A stretch of 64,000 bases of DNA from an uncultured Clostridia bacterium (GTDB taxonomy: Bacteria > Bacillota > Clostridia > TANB77 > CAG-465), in the NCBI GenBank assembly GCA_947630145.1, contig CANRGL010000002.1, positions 8,437 through 72,436 on the forward strand, given 5' to 3'. The position numbers and the translations under genes are program-made. Positions 30,209 through 39,002 of the stretch are shown here, one piece after another (position 1 is the first letter of the stretch; every line of letters starts with the position of its first letter). Under the pieces are notes generated by a model. The model searched no databases. It saw nothing but the letters and a program-made list of their open reading frames with translations, and was not told the DNA's origin.

Positions 30209-30400
30209 TTTTTACCTCGCATTTATTATTTTACTATACTATAACATTTTACTATAAAAAAAAGAAAATAGCAAGATATAGTAAAAAAAATATTAAAAAT
30301 TATGTTGATTTTATAATATTTTTACTTTATATTCTTTAAAGCAATTTATTCCAACAAAAATAGATAAGTTTTTTTTAATTAAACCTATCTATTTTTAACA

Positions 30401-31195
30401 TTAAGTATTGTTTTTTATTAAATATATTTTAAAAATTTCTTTTAAGTAATCTATAAATTCAGATTTTTTCACAGATTCTGATAAAACTATATCACTTTCT
30501 CCTACCTTTTCATTAGTTTCTTTATTAAATATTTCAATTTTTCCAACGGCATCTGAAATGTTTAAAGGTGCACATATGTTATCATCAAATGTTATTTTTT
30601 CTATTGTATCTAATTTAGCTCCTTTATCAGATAATATAGAAATATCATCTTTTATGATAACTTGTTGCTTTTTACCAACACATTTATTTACTTTTATATC
30701 ATCCACTACAACATTTTTTTCACAAACTTTTTTTACTTCATAATTAGAAAATCCGTAATCTAATAACATTTTTGTTTCTTCTAATCTTACATTACTTGAT
30801 GGCGCTCTCATAATAACTGCAATAAAAGTAGTTCCATTTCTTGTGGCAGTACCTGATAAATTAAATAATGCCTGTGATGTTGAGCCTGTTTTTAATCCAT
30901 TTGCTCCCTCATAAAAACGTATTAATTTATTTGTACTATTAAGTCCAAAAGTTCCATTTCTTAAAGTATCTTGCCAAATAGATGTATATTTTAGTATATT
31001 AGGATGTTTGGTTATAAGTTCTCTAGACATTATTGCGATATCTTTAGCAGTAGTATAATGCCCTTCTTCATCTATTCCATGAGAATTTTTAAAGCATGTA
31101 TTTTCCATTCCTAATACTTTTGCTTTATCATTCATCATTTTAACAAAATTTTCTTCACTACCACCAATTTTTTCTGCAACAGCAACTGTAACATC
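30401..31195 (-). pseudogene. D,D-carboxypeptidase (PBP5/DacB/DacF-like), C-terminal part of a split gene
   Basis: The frame is open upstream of the listed Met: ...DVTVAVAEKIGGSEENFVKMMNDKAK.... Contains the 'LKTGST' KTG box and the C-terminal beta-sandwich domain. Confidence 0.85.
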
Positions 31196-31248
31196 TCTAT
31201 GGGTTAAATCATGCAGGAAAAAGTTTTATTACTATATATAATTTTTTA

Positions 31249-32547
31249 TTACAATAAATTTTTAATATATTCAATCATAAATAACGGAATATTAATTATT
31301 TTTCCATTTTTACTTAAATTATTCATAGAAAATCTAATAGATAAATCATTTTTAAATTTTTCATTATATCTTGTCAAACTTATATTATTAGTAGAAATAT
31401 TTGATTTTACTTCAATTGGAATTATATTATTTTTGTATTGCATAACAAAATCAATTTCGTGTCTATCAAAAGTAAAATAATTTGGAACTGTATTAAAAAC
31501 ATATACTAACATATTAAGTACATAATTTTCTGTAAAAGCACCTTTAAATTCTTCAAATAATTTATTTTTCTTTATAATAATATTACTATCTAAATTTGCC
31601 ATTTTCCTAAGTAATCCAATATCATTTATATATATCTTAAAACTACTTAAATCATAATATGCTTTAAGAGGAAAATCAGTTTTGTTTACATTATATATTT
31701 TATATATTAAATTTGCATCATTTAACCAATTTAGTGCACTTTCATATTCTCTTGCTCTAGCTCCTTGTTTTACTGTTTGATATAAGAATTTTTTATTTTC
31801 TTTAGCAAGTTGAGATGTTATACTATTCCAAATTAGTGAAATTTTATTTGCCTCACTATTTTCAGTATGTTTAGAAAAATCTGATTCATATGCAGTTAAA
31901 ATATCCTCTTGTATTTTTGTAACTTTTTCTATATCCTTTTCCATAATCCAAGAGTTTACTACTTCTGGCATTCCACCTATTATAAAATACATTTTTAATT
32001 TTTCTTCTAACTGATTGAAAAATATATCAGGAATATTATTTATACTATTAATTGATTTTAAGTATTCTACTAAATTTTCATTTCCATTTGCAATTAAAAA
32101 TTCACTAAATGTCATTGGATACATATTTAAAAAATCTACTTTACCAACAGGAAATGATGTGTGTGACAGTCTTATCCCAAGCAGACTACCAGCACATACT
32201 ATATGATATTCATTTGCTTCTTCGTTAAAATATTTTAGACTATTTAGTGCATCTGGACACTCTTGTATTTCATCAAATATAATTAAAGTTTTTTCTTTTA
32301 AAATTGCTTTACCATATATAAATGCTAATTGCTCTATTATTCTATTTGGAGATTTTGTATTTTTAAATAGATTATATAAGTCTTTATCATGATCAAAATT
32401 AAAATATGCTACTGATTCATAATACATATCTCCAAATTGTTTTAGTATATATGTTTTTCCAACCTGTCTTGCACCTTTTAAAATTAAAGGTTTTCTATTC
32501 TTACTTTCTTTCCATTTTATTAATTCGTCTAATATAAATCTTTTCAT
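31249..32547 (-). CDS. AAA ATPase with DUF4143 / nuclease-like C-terminus (AAA_14 family)
   Basis: Walker A 'GARQVGKTY', Walker B 'LIIFDEIQ', and a C-terminal 'EIDFV...PIEVK' PD-(D/E)xK-like motif. Confidence 0.8.
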   Translation of the reverse strand: MKRFILDELIKWKESKNRKPLILKGARQVGKTYILKQFGDMYYESVAYFNFDHDKDLYNLFKNTKSPNRIIEQLAFIYGKAILKEKTLIIFDEIQECPDALNSLKYFNEEANEYHIVCAGSLLGIRLSHTSFPVGKVDFLNMYPMTFSEFLIANGNENLVEYLKSINSINNIPDIFFNQLEEKLKMYFIIGGMPEVVNSWIMEKDIEKVTKIQEDILTAYESDFSKHTENSEANKISLIWNSITSQLAKENKKFLYQTVKQGARAREYESALNWLNDANLIYKIYNVNKTDFPLKAYYDLSSFKIYINDIGLLRKMANLDSNIIIKKNKLFEEFKGAFTENYVLNMLVYVFNTVPNYFTFDRHEIDFVMQYKNNIIPIEVKSNISTNNISLTRYNEKFKNDLSIRFSMNNLSKNGKIINIPLFMIEYIKNLL

Positions 32548-32655
32548 TTAATTTCTCCATTCCAGTTATATTATATACCATTTTCACATTTTTGTAAACA
32601 TTTTTTAATAAAAAATCACATTTTGACAAATAAAGTATAAAATTCAATCACATTT

Positions 32656-34182
32656 TTACAATTTAGAAAAGTTATAATAAACTTGTACATGTTCTTTAGA
32701 TATATCAATTCTATAAATTAGTTTATCTATTAATTCTTTGCTTATATTATTTCCTAATTCTTGTTCTTTATTTTTTAAAATATTTTTCAATTCAATAATA
32801 TCTTCATTTTCAAAATTCTTTTCTATAAATTCGCATTCTTTTATTTCAGCTTTTATTTCTTCTCTTTTAGCTTTTAAAGATTCTGTATTTTTTAAATATT
32901 CATTTTTAGTTATTTTTTCATCTAATAATTCCATATACATAAAGTCAATATTATCATTTATTCTATTATAATCGAAATTTAACTTTTTTATTCTTTTGCT
33001 TATACTTATTATATTATTTTCTTTCTTTTTTAAAAGTATTTCATTTTCTGCTTTAGAAAAATCAAATAAATTATTATAATGTTCTTTTATATTATCTAGT
33101 ATTTTCTTTTCTAACTTATAATAATTATAATAAAAAGTATCACAACAATGTATTTTAGATTTTGGACAAGATATATCTACTTGTTTTTCACTTCTTGTAT
33201 TAAATTGTACTTTTCTTCCACATTTTGCACAGTAAAGATAAGGTCTTAATAAATAGTTATATTTTAATCCTAAATTTTTTCCATTTTTAGACTTTATAAT
33301 TTCTTGTACTTTATAGAAAACATCTTTATCAATAATAGCTTCGTGCATATTTTCAGTAATAATCCATTCTTTCTCATTTGTTTTCTTTTTATATTTTGAT
33401 TTATATGATATTTTGTTTATAACATTTCTTACAACATTTCCTATATATACCTGATTTTTAAGAATTCTAAGTATTTGTGTACTTTTCCAAACTTTATAAG
33501 TATTCATATCTTTATATTGAATAATAATATTATAATATTCAGCTGGTGTCTTAATTTTTTTGTTATTTAAGTATTTAGCAATATAACTAAAGCTTTTTCC
33601 ATTTAAATACATATTAAATATTTTCTTTACTATATTACTAGAATATTTTTCTACTAATAGCTTTCCTTTATTATTAGGGTCTTTTATATATCCGTATGGT
33701 GCGTATGTTCCAGTATAAACTCCTTTTTCCATATTAGCTCTTTTACTTTTTTTCATTTTCTCTGATACATCTCTTGCAAACTTTTGGTTATTATATAATT
33801 TAAACTCTAAAAGTTCATTTGCAAGTTTATCTAAATATGTATCTACATTATCTAAAACTGCAATAAATCTAATATCATATTCAGGAAAAATTTTTTCTAT
33901 ATAATCTGCCCCATTTATAGATTCTCTTGCAAATCTTGATAAATCTTTTACTATTACAGTATCAATAACTTTATTTTTTATATCTTCTATCATTTGCTTA
34001 AAAGCAGGTCTATTAAAATTTGTTCCACTATATCCATCATCAATATATTCTTTTTTTATTTTAACACCAATATCTTCTGCATATCTAGTCAGTAATTTTC
34101 TTTGATTAGTAATACTCTCACTTTCAATTTTATCTCCATCTTCTTTAGATAATCTCATATATATACTTACATTATTAAACAT
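32656..34182 (-). CDS. Large serine recombinase (downstream copy)
   Basis: 'YMRLSKEDGDKIESESITNQR' catalytic Ser region, recombinase domain, Cys zinc-ribbon 'CAKCGRK...CPKSKIHCC', coiled-coil tail. Confidence 0.9.
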   Translation of the reverse strand: MFNNVSIYMRLSKEDGDKIESESITNQRKLLTRYAEDIGVKIKKEYIDDGYSGTNFNRPAFKQMIEDIKNKVIDTVIVKDLSRFARESINGADYIEKIFPEYDIRFIAVLDNVDTYLDKLANELLEFKLYNNQKFARDVSEKMKKSKRANMEKGVYTGTYAPYGYIKDPNNKGKLLVEKYSSNIVKKIFNMYLNGKSFSYIAKYLNNKKIKTPAEYYNIIIQYKDMNTYKVWKSTQILRILKNQVYIGNVVRNVINKISYKSKYKKKTNEKEWIITENMHEAIIDKDVFYKVQEIIKSKNGKNLGLKYNYLLRPYLYCAKCGRKVQFNTRSEKQVDISCPKSKIHCCDTFYYNYYKLEKKILDNIKEHYNNLFDFSKAENEILLKKKENNIISISKRIKKLNFDYNRINDNIDFMYMELLDEKITKNEYLKNTESLKAKREEIKAEIKECEFIEKNFENEDIIELKNILKNKEQELGNNISKELIDKLIYRIDISKEHVQVYYNFSKL

Positions 34183-35769
34183 CTAATTTATTAAATTAAT
34201 CTCCCTAAAATTAAATATTATTTCTATATTTTTATCTTTATCTATATATATTTTATCAACTAATCTATCTAAAGTTTCTCTTGAGATTTTTTTAGAAAAG
34301 TCCAAAGTTTTTAATACTTTTTTTAATGATTTATCATTTAACTTACTATCTTTTTCTTCATAATTTTTTTTATATTCACTTTTTAGATTTTCTAACGAAT
34401 CTTGAATATTTTCTTTTCTTTTTTTTAATAAATCTGATATTCTGTTATAATCCTCATCTGAAATTATATTATCTAGTTTATCTATATAAGACCTATCTAG
34501 TTTTTGATTGCATTTTTCAATTTCTTTTTCAAAGTTTTCTATTCTATTTCTATATTCTTCTAATTTTTTTCCTAATAAAGCTTTATTTTGAGCTCTAATT
34601 TTTGATAAATTTACACTATTTAAATATTTATCAACTATTTTATTTATTTCTGATAATATTTTTTCTTCTACATAATCATAATTAAAATATTTTTTAGTAC
34701 ATTTTTTTACTCCAACCTCCTTTATAGCTGTAGGACACATTCCATATCTTCTAATAGTTACTTTATCTTTATATTTTTCTTTTTTTGTCACCCAAGTGAT
34801 AGAACATCCACAATCTTTACATTTAACAATTCCTCTTAACAAATATTCGTATTTACTTATTTTACTTGATTTATTTGCCTCTAATTTTTTTAAAACTAAC
34901 TCAAAATCTTTTCTATTTATAATGGCATCATGAGTATTTTTTGTTACAATCCATTCCTCAGGGGGTAGATTTATTACTTTTTTGCTTTTATAATTTATTT
35001 TTCTTTGCTTATTAAGTACAGTATCGCCAACATAAACCTCTTTTTGTAAAATTCTTTTAACAACTGCCGGATACCATTGTTTAGTTATACTAGTACAATT
35101 TTTTCTATTTGTAGATGGAACATTAACCTTTTCCTCATTAAGTTTTTTTGCTATTTGATAAGTTCCCATTCCATTTAAAAACATATCAAAAATTCTTTTT
35201 ACAATTTTGCTTTCTTCTTCATTAATAATTAAGTGTCCTTTTTTATTTGGATCTTTCATATAACCAAATGGAGCTTCAACAGATACATATAGTCCATCTT
35301 TTTTCTTATTATATAACATTGCTCTAAATTTTCTTGATGTATCTTTACAGTATAAATCATTTAATACTGCTTTTAAAGGTAACATATCATCTGTTTCTGT
35401 TATAGTATCTACTTCATCATAAATAGCAATAAATCTAACATTATGTTCAGGAAAATATCTTTCTAAATATCTTCCTACTTCTGAATAATCTCTACCAAGT
35501 CTTGATAAATCCTTTACAACTACCATATTAATTTTATTTTCTTCAATTTCATTTTTTAACTCTAAAAATGCAGGTCTATCAAACTTGAGTCCTGAAATTC
35601 CATCATCCACAAATTCCTTATAGTTTTTCAATCCATTTTCTTTACAAAATCTTTCAAGTATATTTCTTTGATTAGTAATGCTCTCACTTTCGCTCTTATC
35701 TCCATCCTCCTTAGATAATCGTAAGTATAGTCCTACTTTGTAATCTTTGTTAATTTTAAAGATGTTCAA
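34183..35769 (-). CDS. Large serine recombinase (upstream copy)
   Basis: 'YLRLSKEDGDKSESESITNQR', 'CKDCGCSITW...CP' zinc ribbon, coiled-coil tail. TTG start after AGGAGGG preferred. Its stop abuts the next ATG. Confidence 0.9.
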   Translation of the reverse strand: MNIFKINKDYKVGLYLRLSKEDGDKSESESITNQRNILERFCKENGLKNYKEFVDDGISGLKFDRPAFLELKNEIEENKINMVVVKDLSRLGRDYSEVGRYLERYFPEHNVRFIAIYDEVDTITETDDMLPLKAVLNDLYCKDTSRKFRAMLYNKKKDGLYVSVEAPFGYMKDPNKKGHLIINEEESKIVKRIFDMFLNGMGTYQIAKKLNEEKVNVPSTNRKNCTSITKQWYPAVVKRILQKEVYVGDTVLNKQRKINYKSKKVINLPPEEWIVTKNTHDAIINRKDFELVLKKLEANKSSKISKYEYLLRGIVKCKDCGCSITWVTKKEKYKDKVTIRRYGMCPTAIKEVGVKKCTKKYFNYDYVEEKILSEINKIVDKYLNSVNLSKIRAQNKALLGKKLEEYRNRIENFEKEIEKCNQKLDRSYIDKLDNIISDEDYNRISDLLKKRKENIQDSLENLKSEYKKNYEEKDSKLNDKSLKKVLKTLDFSKKISRETLDRLVDKIYIDKDKNIEIIFNFREINLIN

Positions 35770-35839
35770 ATAATCCCTCCTAACAAAGCTACTTATCAAT
35801 AAAATGATATATTATTCTAGTTTTAAAAGTCAATTCCTT

Positions 35840-35935
35840 TTAAGAATCTAATTCTTTTAAAAGAAGTTCCTCTATAATTTCTTGAAAAGTAGGACCATTA
35901 TCATTAAATTTATATGTTACATTATATTCATCCAT
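35840..35935 (-). CDS. Tiny ORF (31 aa) upstream of the recombinase pair
   Basis: MDEYNVTYKFNDNGPTFQEIIEELLLKELDS, with a GAGG-like RBS. Below the ORF-track cut-off. Confidence 0.3.
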   Translation of the reverse strand: MDEYNVTYKFNDNGPTFQEIIEELLLKELDS

Positions 35936-36197
35936 TTTCTGCACCTCTCTACATATTATTAAAATTTAATATTTTTAGAACATTACTTTTTATTTCTTTC
36001 TTTTTCTAATCTTTTCAACTCACTATATATTTTGTTTACAATCTTCTTTCAGGATTTCTTCTTTTTTACATATTTTAAAATTAAAAGCAATATAATTAAT
36101 GGCATTTCCAAATTGAAATTGTGTTTTATAATTATATATATTTTTTAATGTACAATGAAAAGATTTTTAGTGTCTTTACTATTACACGTTACATTTA

Positions 36198-36226
36198 TTG
36201 AACTTTTTATATTCTTTTGTTATAAT
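36198..36226 (+). promoter_or_regulatory. Sigma-A-type promoter for the Nudix gene
   Basis: TTGAAC, 17-nt spacer, TATAAT. It lies inside the long version of the track ORF, which favours the ATG at 36254. Confidence 0.6.
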
Positions 36227-36253
36227 ATTGAATATTATATAGGAGTTTTGATT

Positions 36254-36739
36254 ATGGAAGATATTGAAATAAGAATTAATAATAAAAAGTTTAAGTATAG
36301 GGTTAATGGTATAGTTTTGAAAAACAACAAAATTCTAACATTAAGAATGAAAAATAATATATCATATTGCTTACCAGGTGGACATGTAGAACTAGGTGAA
36401 GACAGTAATTCTGCAATTATTAGAGAAATGCTTGAAGAACTAGATACAAAAGTTACAATAAAAAAAGAACTTGCAATGGTAGAAAATTTTTACAAAGATA
36501 AAAATAATTTACTGACTCATGAAATAAGCTTTTACTATATTGTTGTTCCTGAATCTTTTTCTAAAATACCCTTAGAAAATTATTCAAGATCTGAACATGA
36601 TAAAGGGCAGTTAAAGCAACATAATTTTGTATGGTTAAATTTAGACAATATAACAGACTTTGATTTTAGGCCATCATTTATTAAAGATAAGCTAGTTAAT
36701 AACAATTATGATTTTGAACATATTATAGTAAAAGATTAA
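36254..36739 (+). CDS. Nudix hydrolase
   Basis: Nudix box 'GGHVELGEDSNSAIIREMLEELD' (GX5EX7REUXEEXGU); AGGAG RBS. Confidence 0.85.
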   Translation: MEDIEIRINNKKFKYRVNGIVLKNNKILTLRMKNNISYCLPGGHVELGEDSNSAIIREMLEELDTKVTIKKELAMVENFYKDKNNLLTHEISFYYIVVPESFSKIPLENYSRSEHDKGQLKQHNFVWLNLDNITDFDFRPSFIKDKLVNNNYDFEHIIVKD

Positions 36740-36986
36740 TAGCTATATTTTCTTTTATCTAATAATTTTTTTATTTGAAGTTGCTGTAAAAAAGTCCAAT
36801 AAAAAATTAGGTTTGTATCAAAAATATGATATAAATCTAATTTTTTGATCTTATATTTATAATATAAATAATTTTTATTGATATATTTCTTTTTTTGATA
36901 CAACAAAAGGGGACTTTTTTACACCCCCTTCTAAATTATCAATACTTTCAACAGATATATTTGTATACTTTGTTTTGCTTTATTCT

Positions 36987-37484
36987 TCAATTTTCATTAT
37001 TATTTTTTTCTTTTATTATATCTTTTATAAATTCTGGTAAATTGGTAAATGTAGCTACTATACCTTTATTTGTAAGTGCAAATATATCTCTTGTTTTTTT
37101 ATTTATTTCTTCCTTTACTGCTTTAGGGACTTTAATAGATATTCCTGCTTTTTTATATTCTTGCTCTATGTATTTCTCTAAAGTTGGAAACATATTTTGA
37201 ATTAGAAAAACTGCTTTTTTCCCAGCTAAATTTCTTGCAAAGACAAAATTATTAGGTTCTATACCTTTTTTCAATTTAATATCATTATATACTTTTAAAT
37301 ATTTATCATATTTAGAAGACATTGGCACAAACCATAATATGTTTTTGTCTGTTTTATCTCTAAAACAAAAATAAGTTGGCCTTTTTGTACCAGTTTGTTT
37401 ATTTTCCATCAAATGATATTTTTTATTATACTTATTTATAAACTCATCCTTTATAAAATATAATTTTCCCTCAGTTATTTCCAT
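36987..37484 (-). CDS. ToxN/AbiQ/CptN-like endoribonuclease toxin (type III TA)
   Basis: 'KLYFIKDEFINKY...', '...ILWFVPMSSKYDKY' and 'LIQNMFPTLEKYI' parallel ToxN 'KFYTISSKYIEYL', 'YLAPLTSPK' and 'INLKFMIPIIE'. About 165 aa. Preceded by a repeat RNA plus terminator. Confidence 0.6.
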   Translation of the reverse strand: MEITEGKLYFIKDEFINKYNKKYHLMENKQTGTKRPTYFCFRDKTDKNILWFVPMSSKYDKYLKVYNDIKLKKGIEPNNFVFARNLAGKKAVFLIQNMFPTLEKYIEQEYKKAGISIKVPKAVKEEINKKTRDIFALTNKGIVATFTNLPEFIKDIIKEKNNNEN

Positions 37485-37499
37485 TTTACTCCTCATACA

Positions 37500-37626
37500 A
37501 TAATAAGGGAGTACTAAACTCCCTTATTTATTCACCAGTGTATTTTCTCTTTGCCAACTGGGTGGCTGTTATATCGTTTATCTAGGGTATTTTACTCTTC
37601 GCCTCCTAGTAGGCAGTTTTATTTAT
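37500..37626 (-). ncRNA. Candidate type III antitoxin RNA: two divergent ~47-nt hairpin repeats plus terminator
   Basis: Unit A CUAGG-AGGCGAAGAGUAAAAUAC-CCUAG; unit B CACCCAGU-UGGCAAAGAGAAAAUAC-ACUGGUG. The loops are conserved and the stems covary. The own promoter is upstream; the hairpin ends 6 nt before the toxin RBS. Confidence 0.5.
37502..37528 (-). terminator. Hairpin between candidate antitoxin RNA and toxin ORF
   Basis: 11-bp perfect stem 'aataagggagt'/'actcccttatt' with a 5-nt loop. The U-tract is weak. Confidence 0.5.
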
Positions 37627-37632
37627 ATAATA

Positions 37633-37661
37633 ATTATAGCATTTAATTGTTCAATTGTCAA
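37633..37661 (-). promoter_or_regulatory. Consensus sigma-A promoter driving the RNA-toxin module
   Basis: On the minus strand: TTGACA (37661-37656), 17-nt spacer, TATAAT (37638-37633). Confidence 0.7.
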
Positions 37662-37840
37662 TAATTTTTAATAATATTTCTATAATTATTATATATTATA
37701 TGATATGAAACTTATAAATATATAATACGAATATTTTTAATTTTTAAGTAATTTTATAAGTAAATTATATTTTTTACAATTTTCAACTTTGATAAATAGC
37801 TTATTTTCAATATTTTCTTTCCTGCTAAAATTTAACATAC

Positions 37841-38286
37841 ACATCATTTGCAGAAACTACACATATTGCTTTTAGAGCTTCATCAACTGTCAGTTCTTCA
37901 TTTTCTTTAAACCATATTTGAGATCCTCCCATTTTTGAAGCTTTAGTACTACATTTTATTTTATCTTGATATGTCATTTTCCCAGAATCTATTTGTTCCA
38001 TAGTAAGTAACAATGTCATAATCTTTGTTACAGATGCTGGTAATAATTTTTCATTTTCATTATTAGCATAAAGTATTTCTCCTGTTGTAGGCTCCATTAA
38101 AACTTGTGCTTCTGATTGAAAAGAAAATTCAGGATTACTTGCAAGTGTGCTTATACTACTTGCTTTTGTTTCTTTATTTTTATTTATAGGATACATATAT
38201 GTTGCAAATACAAAATTACCACTTAATAAAAACAACATAAACAAAGCTATACTTATTTTTTTTATTTTAAATATCAAATCAATCAC
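37841..38286 (-). pseudogene. D,D-carboxypeptidase, N-terminal part of the split gene
   Basis: Signal peptide, SxxK 'SVTK' and SxN 'SAND'. After ...SANDV the frame runs into the element (YVKF*). Confidence 0.85.
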
Positions 38287-38402
38287 CCCAAAAAAAAGAA
38301 TAATATAACTATTACATTATATTATTCGACTTAATTTTTATGTATATATATTCTTATTTTCAAGAAAATGAGAGTTATAAGCTCTCATTTTCTAATTATA
38401 TT

Positions 38403-38903
38403 TTATGCATCTGCACCAGTTGGTCCTTGTGGTATAGTTAAATTAAGAACAAAATTTGGTGCACTTCCTTCAATTGTTGCAGCAGCCTGAGTACCTGGCA
38501 AACCAGTTGTAACTTGACCTATTGTAATACTTGGAGTAAGTCCATCAGTACCGGCTGGCCCTTGTGGTCCTTCTGGACCTATTGCACCTTGAGGTCCTAC
38601 CGCACCAGTTGCACCTTGTGGACCTGTTGGTCCTTGTGGTCCTTGAGGTCCGGCTGGTCCTGTTGCTCCTGCTGGACCAGTTGCCCCAGTTACACCATTA
38701 GCTCCAGGTAATCCTTGTAATCCTGGAACACCTTGTGGACCTGTTGGTCCAATTGGTCCAGGAACACCTTGAATACCTTGAACACCTTGAGGTCCTGTTG
38801 CACCAGTAGGACCTGTCATACACATTACTCCTGTTGGAGTAGGACAAGGATTAGGAAAAGGTCTACAACCACCCATAAAATCACAAGAATTGTAGTTATT
38901 CAT
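38403..38903 (-). CDS. Collagen-like triple-helix repeat protein (BclA-like)
   Basis: About 30 uninterrupted GXY triplets ([16 protein letters not shown]...), a Cys/Pro-rich N-terminus and a short non-collagen C-terminal domain. Confidence 0.8.
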   Translation of the reverse strand: MNNYNSCDFMGGCRPFPNPCPTPTGVMCMTGPTGATGPQGVQGIQGVPGPIGPTGPQGVPGLQGLPGANGVTGATGPAGATGPAGPQGPQGPTGPQGATGAVGPQGAIGPEGPQGPAGTDGLTPSITIGQVTTGLPGTQAAATIEGSAPNFVLNLTIPQGPTGADA

Positions 38904-39002
38904 TTAAAATCCTCCTTTATAATATAGTAAAAAATTACTATATTATAATTTATGCCTTCATACTACAATGTGTGAATATCTTTATTTTCACTTAACACTT
39001 AA

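Larger units (their letters stand above)
31196..37840. mobile_element. 6645-bp integrated element with two large serine recombinases, inserted in the dac gene
   Basis: 5-bp 'acatc' at both junctions (31191-31195, 37841-37845). Imperfect terminal IRs 'ctatgggttaaatcatgcaggaaa' (31197-31220) versus the reverse complement of 37818-37840, 'gtatgttaaattttagcaggaaa'. Deleting the element restores ...SANDVTVAVAEK... Confidence 0.85.

Noticed and set aside
36155-36253. 33-codon N-terminal extension of the Nudix ORF in the track
   Set aside because: A consensus promoter (36198-36226) and an AGGAG RBS lie inside it, and the Nudix fold begins at the Met at 36254.
38403-38903. Local GC spike as evidence of horizontal transfer
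   Set aside because: It is fully explained by the Gly (GGN), Pro (CCN), Ala and Thr codons of the collagen repeat.
38514-38927. Two plus-strand ORFs (65 and 64 aa) rich in Trp/Ser/Cys/Arg
   Set aside because: They are antisense readings of the GGN-CCN collagen repeat and so are artefacts of repeat periodicity.
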